From: Phoronis australis | Lineage: Eukaryota > Animalia > Phoronida | Assembly: GCA_002633005.1 (NCBI GenBank) | Contig: NMRA01000868.1 | Location: forward strand, 1-64,000 | DNA length: 64,000 bases | Direction of reading: 5' to 3' | In this document: in pieces, positions 1-14,000 of the stretch | Numbering within the stretch: the stretch's first letter is position 1 | How the letters are laid out: every line of letters begins with the position of its first letter | Notes under the pieces: model-generated | What the model saw: only the letters and a program-made list of their open reading frames with translations | Told to the model about the DNA's origin: nothing | Databases searched by the model: none | Position numbers and translations under genes: made by a program

Positions 1-760
1 AAGTCATCGTTGAGTTGAAAGTTTTTTATGATGAAGAAGGGTTTATTGATAACCGCCATGTTGACCTAGTTTCGAGTGAACCTCGTCATGAGCAGTGCCA
101 GAGTGTTCTGTCTGAGAATTTGCCGTTGGCTGACCGAGTTGATCAACTGTTAACGGAGAATGTTGGCACGCAAGTTTCAGATGGTGTTAATCAACTTTTA
201 TCGGAGGTTGGCTCCTTGCGAGGAGAATTTGGAAGTTCTGTTAAGAAGTTCTATGCGCCAGAGAACTTGGACATGCTGTGATATGGGAAAAGCTGCAGAC
301 ATCTACTCGAGTTCGGGACATTACAAAGAAAAATGTTTCAAAAGTCCCACCTGAAAAGCATTATTGTTCAGGTCAGGTTGGCTGATGAGTTTCTCCTATG
401 TATGGCTGGGAAACATTCTGCACTGCAGATTTTCAGGCTTCTTTAGGACGCTTACTGACTCGATTACCCTTGGAGCTAATACTGACTTTGAAATTAACAA
501 TGCGAGGAGAGGGTTCATTAGGCCTGAGGTTAACCCTCAGTATAAGCATATTTGCTCACCAACAGTTCCAGTTACCAAGGAATTGTTTGGATATGACATT
601 TCTAAACAGTTGAAGATATGTCAAAAATACATCAGGTCTGTTATAAGATGGGCACTACTGCCAGATATCCGAGAGGCGGATATTCTCCATAATTAAGGAA
701 TGTTGCTCATACTGCTGTTTCAAAAAACGAGGGCCGCCAACATGGGAACTGGAAGCGAGC

Positions 761-2560
761 TTGGTCAACTCCGCCAGCTTTGTCAACACGACCGGCTGTG
801 CAGACTCGACCATCGGGACAGAACAGACCCAGGAGAAATTAGACCTTAATGTTTCATCAGGTCAGGTATGCCATAGTCAAACTGAAGGTTTTGGGGCTGG
901 TCGTTTGAAGTACTTTGTCAATAATTGTCAACAAATTACTCCTGATCACAATATTTTGGATATTGTTGAACACTGTCATATTGAATTTGACAGAAACAGT
1001 GTTTTGACTCAGCATGTTGTTCCTAAGGAGATAAATTTCTCTTTAGAAGAGAAAATTTTTATTGATCAGGAAACTGAGAAATTACTTCAGAAAGAGGTCA
1101 TACGAATTTCTTCACACTCTGAAGGAGAGTTTATCTCAACAATATTGTTTCGCCCTAAGAAAGATGGGAAATTTAGGATGATTTTAAATTTGAAGAAATC
1201 CAATGGTTTTATTGAATATCACCATTTTAAAATGGACTCTTTATCATCAGCTGGCAAGCTTATTACACCTGGTTGCTACATGGTTTCAGTTGATTTGCAA
1301 GATGCTTATTGTTCTGTTCCCATAGCTAAGCAACATCAGAAGTATTTGCAATATTCTTGGAGAGGGCAGTTGTACTGCTACCAGGCACTTCCTAATGTGT
1401 TAGCATGTGCTCCTAGATTTTTCGCTAATCTGTGCAAGCCAGTTTATTCGACTCTTCGTAAGGTAGGTCACGATATTGTTGGGTATATCAATGGCTCTTT
1501 AGTTTTAGCAGACATTTTTGAGGAAGTATGCCAGAATGTTGCTGACACAGTTGATTTGTTTTAAAGTCCTGGGTTTGTAGTACACCTTCAAGAGGCTGTT
1601 CTAACACCATCACAGTCTGCAATGCTCTTGGGGTTTGTTTTGAACTCTCCAGCTTTGACGATCAGGTCAACTGAGGAAAAAAGCGCTTACAGTTAAGGGT
1701 GAGTGTTTGAAGTTATTCGCGGCTTGGCAAGGGTGATTGGGTTGATAGTGTTCACATTCCCAGGGGTACAGTTTGGTAAATTGCATTAGCGCAATTTTGA
1801 AAAATGCAAAACATAGCTTTTGAGATTCAGCGCTGGGAATTTTAAAGTTACGCTTGTCAGCAGCTGCGACGTTGGATTTGCAATGATGGATCAGTAATGT
1901 GGAAACAACATATAATATAATTAGGTCGCGAGAGCGAGAAAGTAATTATTGAATCTGATGCCTCTGAGACTGGATGGGGGGCTGTTTATTTGGGCGTGCA
2001 GTCAGGTGGCAGATGGACCACTGATGAATCTAGGAAGCACATAAATTACTTGGTATTGTTGGCTTCATTTTTTGCCCTCAAATCTTTTGTGACTTTTGAT
2101 ATAAACGGAAAACATGTGCAAATTCAGTCAGATAATACTGCAGCTGTTGCTTACATTAATGCCATGGGAGAAACAAAGTCTGACGAGTGTAATAGTTTAG
2201 CAATTCGAATTTGGGAGTTTTGTATTGCTCGGAATGTTTACTTAGTGCTTGTCACATAAAATGTACCTGGCCATAGTTATAACCTAGATGATTTCGAGTC
2301 TAGATTTTTTACTGATAACACGGAATGGATGTAAGATCGACCTGTTTTTGATCAGATCACAAAAGAGTCATTTATCCCTGAGATTGAGTTGTTTGTTTCG
2401 AGGTTGAATTATCAGGTTGAGAGGTTTGTGTCTTGGCGACCTGAACCAGGGGCAGAATTTATTGATGCTTTTTCAATGAGTTGTCACGGTTTTAAATTTT
2501 ATGCTTTTCCGCCTGTCAGTCTGATCTCCCGTTGTGTACAAAAGGTTACAGTGGACCGTG
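761..2560 (+). pseudogene. DIRS pol (RT, RNase H, methyltransferase-like domain), disrupted
   Basis: RPKKDGKFRMILNLK, HFKMDSL, SVDLQDAY, APRFF; catalytic YIDD degraded to YING; stops and frameshifts after 1564. Confidence 0.85.
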
Positions 2561-2926
2561 NNNNNNNNNNNNNNNNNNNNNNNNNNNNNNNNNNNNNNNN
2601 NNNNNNNNNNNNNNNNNNNNNNNNNNNNNNNNNNNNNNNNNNNNNNNNNNNNNNNNNNNNNNNNNNNNNNNNNNNNNNNNNNNNNNNNNNNNNNNNNNNN
2701 NNNNNNNNNNNNNNNNNNNNNNNNNNNNNNNNNNNNNNNNNNNNNNNNNNNNNNNNNNNNNNNNNNNNNNNNNNNNNNNNNNNNNNNNNNNNNNNNNNNN
2801 NNNNNNNNNNNNNNNNNNNNNNNNNNNNNNNNNNNNNNNNNNNNNNNNNNNNNNNNNNNNNNNNNNNNNNNNNNNNNNNNNNNNNNNNNNNNNNNNNNNN
2901 NNNNNNNNNNNNNNNNNNNNNNNNNN
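2561..2926. other. Assembly gap (N run)
   Basis: Run of N; ORFs called across it are artefacts. Confidence 1.
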
Positions 2927-3560
2927 ACCCACTGGTTGTGAAGTTTATGCGAGGAGTGTCCCAATTGAGACCTCCTGGAACCAAGTACACATATACATGT
3001 ATATGGGATGTTAACCCGGTGTTGAATTATTTGAGAACTTTGTCTCCTGTGGCAACATTGACTTTAAAAGATTTAATATTGAAGCTTGTCATGTTGATTG
3101 CTCTGTTCTCTGCACAGAGATGTCAGACTATTCATTTATTTGATATTGATGATATGGTGAAAGATAAGTCTGCTTATAATTTTGTAATTCTCTCACATGT
3201 AAAGCAGAGTAGGCCAGGAATGTCTCCAGTTGCTGTAAATTTAAAAGCTTAATATCCTCCAGATAGAAGGCTCTGTGTCTTTACTGTGCTTATGGAAGAT
3301 TTGAATCGCACTTCTCGGATTCGAGGGTTGCAGTCACGGTTGTCTATTAGTTATGTACGGCCTTATCATGCAGTGACTATAGTGAAGCGTTGGTTTAAGG
3401 GCAGGCATTGGCACTTCCCAGTTTACCGCTCATAGTACTAGAGCAGCAAGTGTGTCAGCTGCTAAGCAATGTTCAGTGCCAATTTCTACAATTATGTCCA
3501 CAGCTGGATGGTCATGTGCATCTACTTTTGCTCGGTTCTACATGTATGATAAACAGACTG
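2927..3560 (+). pseudogene. DIRS tyrosine recombinase, disrupted
   Basis: PLVVKFMRG..LRPP, SAQRCQTIH (catalytic R), then after a frameshift FTAHSTRAAS...AGWSCASTFARFY (HxxR, W, Y). Confidence 0.85.
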
Positions 3561-3709
3561 GTGTTTCTGACGAGTTTGCCACTGTGTTGTTGAATGATGT
3601 GGACAGAAATGAATGATAATTGATTTGGAACATTTATTGTTGTTTCTGAATATGCACATCAGTTGCTTTAAAGTCTCATGGAACCCTATTGTGCGTATTC
3701 CTACAAGGA

Positions 3710-4016
3710 AATTTGAAATTAAACGAAACTTCCCTAAGTTGAAGTGTGATTGTAATTCTGCGTAGGATTATTAGTATAATAGAGGTTACATGCCCGCCTT
3801 ATAGGTTTCCCTCCCATGTTGGTGAGATGTTTGAGTTCGGGTATGTATTTAAGGTGCAGTATAGAGCTGATTTGGCCTAATGATGCATATTCCACTTTGA
3901 AGAATGGTTCGGTCATGCGCAGTGCACTCTCTCGTGTAACCTCTTTTATGCTAATATTCCTACGCAGAATTACAGTCAAACTTCAACTTAGTGAAGATTC
4001 GTTTAATTTCAAAATT
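3710..4016. repeat. DIRS ICR / right-terminal inverted repeat pair (~80-bp arms)
   Basis: 3710-3790 (aatttgaaattaaacgaa...gtaattctgcgtagga...agaggttaca) is the reverse complement of 3934-4016. Confidence 0.8.
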
Positions 4017-4104
4017 GATAGGGATATTTTGGTTTGGGCTGACAGGCTTTTTGACAAATTTTTTCAGGGAAGTGGAAGGGGTAATGATATTGTCGTTTTG
4101 TCGC

Positions 4105-4461
4105 GTAAAGTCACGATGTCGGTACTTCCGTAACTCACCGGCAATTTCCGTACCGTCCTTGACCTCGAGCGGCCCCCGATTGACGTGTGTGGGGTTTTTT
4201 GTGAACATTTTTGTTCTTTGACTGCGAATTTCATACGAAGTCGCCGGAACAGGACACCGTGAATGGTATTGGGAGAAAGGACAATTCTTCATGGTTTGTT
4301 GAACCTCTGTTTTGTGTAAATTTATTGAGTTTTGTGTTTGATATGGACGGCTGAAGTGAAGCACACGTGGAATTTCTGGTCGGGAGTGTCATACCTTGTA
4401 GTATTAGACATGTATGTACATTTAGTGTATTGAGGACGATCAGAAGCTCAGGACGCCTGTG
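4105..4461. mobile_element. Isolated right arm of the CACAGG-ended P-element-like family
   Basis: Matches the right TIR of 28428-29098 (gcaatttccgtaccgtccttgacc...gatatggacggctgaa...gacgcctgtg). Confidence 0.8.
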
Positions 4462-4489
4462 CTTCTAAGCTGCAAAGCGTCTTGAATGA

Positions 4490-5200
4490 ATTTTGCTAGA
4501 CCTTTCAAGCTATTTTGGAAAATTTGAGGTTGGGCAGAATTCCGTATTAAAATTGGTCGAATTTGAGTATAGTTTTCTCAGTAGAAAATTGAAATGAACT
4601 TCATCTTCAATTCCGTTTTTAAAAACACGACAAATCCGTTCATTCACAGAAATTCCGAAGTGCCGCCCCACCTCAACCTCTAATGCTAGAATACCTGCTC
4701 TCAATCAAGCTATGACGGACCTCTGAAACACCGGCAGACGCAAAGAATCTTCTACACAATAGTCATTCTTAACAGACCTATATATGCACAGTTTTGGTTT
4801 CTCAGTGATTATTTTTAACCAGGTTAACTCTTCTAACTGGAACCTGAATGTTTTTTAAGTTTACGAGAGACACAATTCGTTTGTTCCTGAAATATAATAA
4901 AACGCAATTCTCTATGATATTAATTATTGAACTCTACCAATGGCAGGAGTTCCGAGGTTTAAGGTCCCATAAAAAGACTTTTTTGAAATTCTGCTTTCTT
5001 CCATTAGAACTAAACGATTCCACAGCCTTAGCATATTTTCATGTTGTTTATAGTGTGGATTTGGCAAACCTGAGTCGCTATAAAATACTGCATTGGCAGC
5101 ATATTTTTGGACCCCTAAGAATATACGTAATGCTCTTGTTCTGATCATAGTCTACAATTGAAGCTACTTACAGTTCAAAACATTTGCTGTAACTTTTGAA
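4490..5200 (-). mobile_element. LINE 3' fragment (C-terminal region of RT ORF), degenerate
   Basis: RAGILALEVEVGRH...ERICRV...IEDEVHF matches the LINE C-terminal CCHC-type motif; RALRIFLGV...LRLWNRL. Confidence 0.7.
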
Positions 5201-5649
5201 ACCCATGTTACCAATACACTGTATGTTTGGTCGAGCAGGGCGTCATCATCATCGGGTTTGACTGAAGACAGCATTTTCTTATTCTTCTGACTGAATTTTG
5301 CTTCCACTGGTCCCCGATTTAATTAAGTAGGGAAGAGGTTTTGCCCCCTATTTGGCGGCGAAAATATATAGTGATTTATTGAAGATGTATATATCGCCAA
5401 ATCTCAAAGTTTAACATGTACTAGACACCCCACTGTCAGGTGAGTTACAAAGTGGATAATAATTTGGGACGCTTGAGAGCATGATGAACGAATATTAAAA
5501 GTGGAGCGTCTGGAGTTTTCATGAATTATTCAAATTTCGATGTCATGGAAATCGCTTATTTGTGCTTAACCCAAAGGTCTCAGTACGCACTGCAAACTGA
5601 TAAAAGGTGATATTCGTCCTCTACACATCCAGAATTACATAATTCACGC

Positions 5650-7520
5650 AGTCTGTTTCCATGGGGTTTATTTGTGTGGTGATCTCTTTCCGCTAGTAAT
5701 GAAGGTATGAACATCGCAATCGAGTCAGAGACTGGATAAAAACACGTGGAGTTCTACAGTGAATGTTTCTGGATAGTTCTCTAGACAATGCATTGTTTCA
5801 TACACCATATATTAAGGCAGCTTTGCGTTACATTCGACATTAGATTGCCAGTCGTGCAAATAACAGTCACTGAACGTTGGGAAAAACTGTCAAGAAATAC
5901 ACTTGGTTTGCCACAGCCTCATTAATCCATACATCTGAAAACCCACACACAGTCCGGAGTTTCCTTACAAAACCTGCCCAATTATAAGAACATTTTTCGA
6001 TCAGGTGTGACTTAAAAAGCATATCACGCATGCATGATGCCTTTAGCCATTGATTACTAGGCATATCCAGTAGTTCGAACCAGTATTTTATGCAGAACAT
6101 ACATCGAAGAGGTGAAAGGCTATTGACGGAGGTAGATCACGACGTCTGCAGAGGCAGCTTTACTTGCTTGACTAGATAAACCTTTAATGACTTTGGTCCA
6201 CGGAACTCATAAAGTTTATCATTATTTTCAGACCAGCCATGAAGACGATTATTTTCAATTTTGGAAACAAATTTTCCCAAAGCAGATGGCACGGAATTAC
6301 CTGCATAGTTATTTTCGTCACTGCTATTACTTTGTTTCTGCACTCGAGTAAACATTGCATCACACCAAATCTGGGATAATACTCAGAATTAAAAAATTGT
6401 ATTAAATCACTCGTCAATACATGACTTTTTGGGTCCATGAACCCTTTAAGTCGTGGTGCCATCTCTGCGGACTAAACGTAGAAAACACACGGGAAGTTTT
6501 CATATTGGATTTAATTAATTGTCAGAACTCCTTAGGGTTATTTTTGGAACGCTTAATGGCTTCAATTTGTCGGGCTTCGTACGCTTTGTATTTATGTGTA
6601 AGCAGATCGCGGAAAGCGTTCTTTTTACTTGATACGCGTTAAGGTAAAAGACGGAAGAGTTTTTACAAAACAGTTTAAAAGACCATATTTTTGCTCGTTG
6701 GGTCGATGCTAATTCACCATCCAACCAGGTTGGCTACTTTGTGGCTGTCTCCGATAATCTGGTTATTAGTAGATTTTAAGTTTTCATGGTTGATACGGCA
6801 GACAGCCACAGCAAATCCGTAATGGATCTAGATTCCCACTAGCCATCGAGTTATCCACGGCCGCCGTACAATTCTCAGCACCAGTTGAAAAAAACCAGAG
6901 AATTCCGTAATATACACTGTAGCTCTCCCACTGAATCCGGCTTTGCTAGTGTAACAATGGGACCACCTGGCGTATGCTATCTGACTACAAAACCTACACT
7001 TACAAATAACTGGTAGACGATTACACTCGTCCAATTCATTCTCAAAAATCCATCTACTAAAACAAAAAGTGGATAATAATAAATAATCTACAAGACTACG
7101 TCCTCCTCCCAGTAGACAGGTAAACACACCCCTATTATCACCGGGTAAACGACCGTTGACAATAACAATGCAAAGTTCGTGACACAACTTAATGAGAATT
7201 TTACCAAAATTGTTTACAACTTTGTCTTTAGAATATTTCGGTAAAGTAAAAATATGCGCTTCATATTACTCCTGGCATGGCAAATATTTTGAGCCATCAC
7301 CTTTAATGAAGTCTATCAGATTACCTGTGCCATTAACATAGGAACTTGAACCATCTGGAGTAAATAACCAAAAAGCATTAAAACATACTGGCCAACGACA
7401 AATAGTGAATCAATTCTAACTTGCGGGATTGTAAAAAGCCGGATTTCAGTGGAATAAGGTTTCTCTCTGTTCGAAGACAGCAAAACCCTTTCTTGTTTGT
7501 ATAAATTGTACTTCGCCACT
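5650..7520 (-). mobile_element. LINE fragments (APE endonuclease and RT C-terminal region), degenerate
   Basis: IVNGRLPGDNRGVFTC..GGGRSLVDYLL (APE endonuclease); KYWFELLDMP...NWAGFVRKL...GFSDVW. Confidence 0.7.
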
Positions 7521-8679
7521 TACAATGTAGTCAAAATAGCCCCATTTCAAAATTAGACCCAGAGAAGCAAACACTCTTCAGTGTGCAGCGGTATCATGTA
7601 TCTACAACCATCAGTGAAACAACGGGCTTCTTCTATGCCGGTGTCTGACTGATTCAGACACCGCAGGTGCGTTTATGGTTGGTTTGCATTGAAACTCCTA
7701 TTTACCTGTGACACACCTCCGAATTTGTATTAAAACGTATATTATTCTAACGTTTAGTTTAAAATCCACTGTCCCATTAATGTTAGGAAAGCCTATTTTG
7801 GGATTAAAAGTATCAACTTATATCAACTTTTTGATACAAAGAGTATTTGAGGAATGATGGTTAAGGGACTCTTTCTCTGTCAGTATATATTTAAAAACAT
7901 TTTTTTATCTAAAAACAGATTGTCTCGTGACCACAAAATTGCCTCAGTGATCAAAATGTATGACTATATTTGAAATGACTTCTTCTAGAAAAAAATATAT
8001 ATTATAATTTGAAAGATGCTAGTTAGGCATTTTAAGATGAAGGTGGCATTTCACTAGAAGTATATAGGTTCCTAAACTCAGGTACATTCAAAAACTTTGA
8101 AAAAATAAATTGCTTGAAGTCGACGCACCAAACCTCGAGCAAATGGCAATTTCTTTCAATTCCGACTAAGTCTCAACAAAACTTCAACATGTGTTGCTCA
8201 ATGCACTTTGTATTTCTGCGTGATGTTATCTTGTATATTACTGCATGTAGTACATATACCTTTAAAAACGTTTTGGTGTGTTTTCCTTACATTGTATTTT
8301 TCAATAAATTGAAATACTTCGGTTATCACGGCAAACTCCAACGCTATGTGGATAGGCACTGATAGCTTAGATATGGGAAATAAGAGCCCTTCCATGTAAT
8401 AATTTAGATTTGGATGTGCGTTTTTTTGTTTGTTTGTTTGTTAGTTTTCGATAGGTCACATTTCTTAACCAGTCGACACAATTTGTGAATCGTCAGTAGC
8501 TGGTAGCCTGTTGATTTGGGTTGATATTTTTCTTTTTATATATCTATAGTATAAGCACACTTGACATCACTAACATCGTTTTCATTAAGTTTTGCCAATT
8601 GTTGGTTGCATGGCAGTTGCCAATGTTTCATCATTTTATCTTTTTTATCAACCCAAAATGAACTGGCTGGCTGACTTAC

Positions 8680-9125
8680 ATGTACTTAGGTGAATTAACA
8701 AGGAATTTCAAAACCGCACTGTGCATTCAGCACGGGGCTTGCACAGGGAGCAGATACACTGAATATCCAGTGCCTTTATATTGGCATTTATAGACAGGCT
8801 ACAATGAGCCAGGTAACTGTTTTCACACAAGGCTTATTTTAAAGATATTAAACAAAGTGAGCTCTTAGATAAAAGTTTTTAATAAGATAGAAACTGCAGT
8901 AAATGATATCTTGATTGGGACCGTTTGAGCATGTTGTTGAGCCACTAAGCAGAATGAAATGCACAAAAACTTTTTAGATAAATTATTATATTTTGTATAA
9001 AAAGTGTTTAAACTAATAGATTTCTCAGGCAAGCATGCTAACATTCATTAAAATGAGCGCGTAAGTTAATGACGACATTTCCAGCCAACGTTTCGGTTTA
9101 TTACTCTACACCATTCTCAAGTGAG
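8680..9125. mobile_element. Penelope-like retroelement remnant
   Basis: Plus-strand YLGELTRNFKT resembles the GIY-YIG YIGET.R.LKTR motif; degenerate hammerhead-like TTGAGAA..GAAAC on the minus strand at ~9086-9123. Confidence 0.4.
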
Positions 9126-10908
9126 TACAAATAAATAACCACATGATTAGAGTATGATGGGCCATTAAGTCACTTAGATGTTCTCTGCATTAAGACAGCT
9201 TTGCCAGGGGAGCGTGAGGCTCTTACGATTGTGGTGTAGGGCCTCATGGTTTGGTCTGCGTACTCAGTTAAAACTGCAAAATTTTGCTGTCACTGCATGT
9301 AAATTGCGAAAGTGGAAATGTGGTCGTGATAGATGCATGACATACCCTCTATTATTTTTGTCAGGTGCAGGTGAAAATTATAGTAAAACCGAGTTAAAAT
9401 CAAATCACAAAATTCAACGTGGTATAAACATTCGTGATGAATTATAAAACTATGATAATGTTTTCAAAATTATCATGCCGTTTTCGTTTTACGCAACCTT
9501 TCAGAGATTTGACAAAAACGTCAGTCTCATTTTGGATATAGCTTCATGCACACACAGGACACTGTAAAAACAAGTCTGCCAATTTTTTTCAGACAACATT
9601 GCATCCCTCATCACTGCTTAAAATTTCAATGCGATGAAATCTATTAAAGATATTTGTATTTCTAAGTGAATATCACTGTTTTCAAAGTTAAGGCTTCCTG
9701 TAGCAGCCTGCAATGTGTGAAGAATTTACTCAAACAACCTGAAATAGCTGAAGATCTTAATGGATGGCAGCACTGGTCAGCCAGATTTGTGGAATATGCA
9801 GTAACTTGCTTTCGGTGTATTGCGTTGGCTCGTGCCAAGCATTGACAGGTACGCTTTGGCTTGCACTCAGAGGCGTCACCTAAGTGTGAACAGAGCAATG
9901 CTCCAAAAAATAGATTATGTTACCATGCGCAGCGCTTGAATCGTAAGCCAACTGAGAACAACTGTTGTTTTTTAACAGGAGTATGGAAAGTCAAGTGACA
10001 TTATGTATAAAGCACAGCCAGGCAAAATTAACCCACGGAGATAACATTCGTCAAATTATCTTTTGTGTACAGATTTTGCAATTGTCATTGTCTTCCAATG
10101 TTGCAACGTGTATTGAAAGATATGCAACGCCCACACAGAGGCGTAGGAAGGCCTGGTGCAGAGCTGTTAAAAATGTGAGTGCATCCAACCACCATCTCCC
10201 TTTACCGAATTTAATCATTCTAATTCAAGCTCTCCAAGACTTCATTTAAGGATAGATGGCCAAAACATACAGTGTGCATCGTTTTTATGAGTAGTATAGA
10301 TGCAGCTTGTCTGGATTCCACCCATCCAATGTCATTGATCCATCCTCAAATTCTACATGATTAGTTTATATCAGAAAAAATTCGATGATGAATTAGTTGC
10401 TACCGGTAACTTACAAAAATACCTAAAACCACCTACCGCCCAGGAAAAGGTGTTCCGGACAATTGCTGAATATATTCATTGATTTCCTTTGACTCAGAGG
10501 TGATTATTACTATGGGAATTATATTAGGAATAGTAATTACCATTCACTTTCTTACACTTGGATGCACCCAAAGACTTTCTGACAGAAACAACATGAATGT
10601 ATCAACAATAATTTTATTAATTTCACTTGGTTATGGTTGACAATAAAGTGTATTTCATTCTGTTGCTCGTTTTCTCTTTAAGGACCCAATTCGGACTTTC
10701 GCCTGAAGCACATAACAAGAAAGAAAACGGAGTTATTCATTCGCTAATAAAGTAACTTTCAAATGATCTGGCAAAGAATACGTGCACAACGAACGGCTTG
10801 GAACGCGGGATAAAAGATGTTTCCATAAAATAGCCTTATCTTATACTGACACACGATGTACGGAAATACAAAAACGCACTTGCCAAGACTGAAATTTACT
10901 TACGCATG

Positions 10909-11012
10909 CTAAATTTTCCAATATACCATAATGAAAGCAAGGCTGTAGAGAAGCAAAAAGAGGTTGGGCCTTAGCTGAGCTCCGTGAGCAACTCCTCCAA
11001 TAGACTCGGCAT
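10909..11012 (-). CDS. Coding exon 8: C-terminal GPI-anchor-like signal (YAESIGGVAHGAQLRPNLFLLLYSLAFIMVYWKI*)
   Basis: Strong acceptor TTTTCTTTTTTCAACAG|AT in phase 1; small residues (S-I-G-G), a spacer, then a hydrophobic tail ending at TAG. Confidence 0.75.
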
Positions 11013-14000
11013 CTGTTGAAAAAAGAAAATTAATAAGAGGAAGATGTAAATATGACAAGGCGTTGTGTGGTTTAAGATGAGTTGACATTAACATTATTGA
11101 TCAACGTTACATACATGTCGGTTTGAGCTTGTAAACAATAAATTAAGCTCAATTATCGACCACAGGTTCTCGGTGCGTTTGCGCGAAGACGGAATTCCGT
11201 TCCGTGGATATAAATCCTGGGGCGTTTATTGGCAAAAAATATGCCAAATGTCCTTCTAAGATTAAATGCAGCACTCCACTTTTAGCTTATGGCTTGCACA
11301 GACAATGGTTGATATTGCATCGTCAAAGTCGTGCACGAAGGCTCCCCCCGAACCAACATTCGATGGGCCTGTCTTAACTAGTATTTTTGTGTGAAATTCT
11401 GACACTCATAGGATCTTTGTACTTCCATGTGCTCGCTTTAGCTAACAGAATGTGTGGTTGTTAAGGTCAGGCTCAGTCGGCTGACGCTTGTTGAGAATTC
11501 TGTCAATGTCAAGGCTGCCTGCAAGGACTCTCGGTAGTATCGCGTGATTGCTTTGGTAGACCAATTTTCATTCTAGATAGATTGCGTTCTTGCCGCTTGG
11601 ATGCTCATTGGCTTCTGATCGCCTATAGCTGCCAATTCGTACAGTATAACCCATGCTTCACTTTGACCGTAATGTTCTCAAGCTAATTGGTTAACTCGGT
11701 GAAAAAGTCCCTCAGTTCTCGGAGAAGTTCATCGCAGGTGACAATATGGTGTGTTATATCGTCGACTTACTGTTTCATATTATCTTAACCGCCCATATCA
11801 CTCCCAGCAAAAAGTAGTTGCTGGTGATGTAATCGTCAATTTTGTCATGAATTCTCATAAAGTTGATTAAGTGCAAATTTCATCCCAACAAAACAGTTTA
11901 TGTAATATAACAATTCCGGACATCTTGTGTTGTTGTTTACTATTCCACTGGGAAGTGCCCACTCAGAGTAAAACCCTATACATGTATGTCAAACAGCTGT
12001 CCAGACTCCATTGATGTTCATGAGTTCGATGAAATCACCGGAACTCTCAATATTGTTGTTGTTTTGCACTCACAACCCACACGTATTTCTATTCACTATA
12101 CATATTGTAGCTCAAGTTAATAAACTCTGTGTGTCTGTATAACTCAACGACTGTGCTAGTATTTATTCTGCTCTCCATCGACTTGCTGCTGCTACCTTGT
12201 TAGCCAACTATCTACCGTTCAACCAAGAACCGCGTAACCCAAAATTAAATATACTACCACGACCATCCCCGCACTAGGGGAATCCGCGTCTCCACATTGC
12301 TGATATCCCCATCATTGCTAGTGCCGAGTGACCCAAGATGGATGTCAACTGCCAAGATGCCAGAATGAACTTCTTCAGAAGGAGAGCCATCAAAGGGCAA
12401 ATCACACAGATTGTGAAGGCCTCACATCACCTCATGGAACAAGCCGAAGACACACCGGACGCGACACTACGACTCGCGAAATATATCGATGATCTACATG
12501 GAAAGATTAAAACAGTAACTGAACTATTCACCAACTACGCCCAATACGTCGACCCTTACCAACTAGATAACTATGCAGAAGACATGTCATCCTACCTGGA
12601 TGAAGTGGACAATCAGCTTCGGGACATGAGATTCCACCGCAATACGAACATATGTCAAAGCACACCTTCAAGTGAGTCAAATATCTCGCCAACAACGCCA
12701 GCACCGATCATAGCCCCGTCCAAGACCAGGATCAACCTCTCAAACCTACATCTCTCTGTATTCTCAGGAGACTGACTGAAATGGTTGGAATTCTACCACT
12801 CATTCGAAGCTGTTAAAGATACCACCCTTGATCCGATGCAAAAACTTCAATATTTACGCGCTCAACTATCTGGTGACGCCGCCTAAGTCACAGAAGGTCT
12901 GCTACTATCAAATGATTCCTGTGAAGCCGCCTTGAAGCAATTGAATGACATGTATGTTAAGACTGAAGATCTAGTCACTCATTAAACTACAGCGTTGCTG
13001 AACATCCCTGTCCCCTCAACCGATGCTGCCAAATTACGACGATTCCACGACAGTGTTAACACGTGCCTACGCGGTTTAGAGACACTAGGACAAGTCGCCG
13101 CACAAGATCATGTGCTTGTGACCATCATACGTCCAAAGATACCGAAGGATGTGCTAATTCAATCAAATCGTGACCATGTCGGAGAACAATGGTCCATCGA
13201 AAAACTTATGAATGCCCTTGACAAGGACATCAAGGCAACCAAGCTGGAAATTTTACAAATACTGATGTAAGTACAAATTTTTATACAACNGCGCCACAGC
13301 GCTCACCCTGTTTTTTTTTTGTAATCAAGGCCACACTGCTAATCAGTGTACATCTGTGACAGATGTCAAAAAACGAAAGGACATCGTGAAACAAGCTCGA
13401 TTGTGCTTTAAGTGTTTATCTGACCGACACCTGAAACAACATTGCCATCCAAGTTTTCCTGTCGTAACTGTGGACAGAAACACCACACCTGATGGTGCAA
13501 CGCCACCATGAATCAACAATCGCCGCCGCATTCTTCGTTGATTCAACAAGCAAATCCTCTGCCGAGACGCCTACGAGTCCAACCTCCCAAGATACACATG
13601 TGAAGCTGACACCCAGGTCAGGACCAATCTTATTGAAGACCGCCGTTGGTACCATATCAAGAGGATCAGCCCATGCAAAAGTTAACGTATCATTTGATGA
13701 CGGATGCCAACGCACATTCATGACACAACGTGTTTCCGCGAAATTGGGTATCCACCAAAACGAGTGTTCTACTAAAAAGATCAACTAGTCCACCTTTGGA
13801 GAACGGACAACTACCGCAATGGAAAAACCAGCTGATACTAATGAACTCACAACAAAACAAGGTAAAATGACTTTATCTGCTATTATCGTGCCCCACATAT
13901 CGACAACTGTTAAGAATCACCAACCTCAAGTGCTGCATCATCATGATTATCTTTGACAGTTACCCCGCCTAGCCCCACATGAGCCATCGAAAGATTTTGA

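Larger units (their letters stand above)
1..4016 (+). mobile_element. Degenerate DIRS1-like tyrosine-recombinase retrotransposon (5' end outside the window)
   Basis: Order is gag-like, RT, RNase H (ESDASETGWG, DNTAAVAYIN), MT-like domain (LFVSRLN...YAFPP), YR; 3' inverted-repeat structure; multiple stops and frameshifts. Confidence 0.9.

Noticed and set aside
2473-3014. Several 128-163-aa ORFs in the ORF track
   Set aside because: They consist mostly of X across the N gap.
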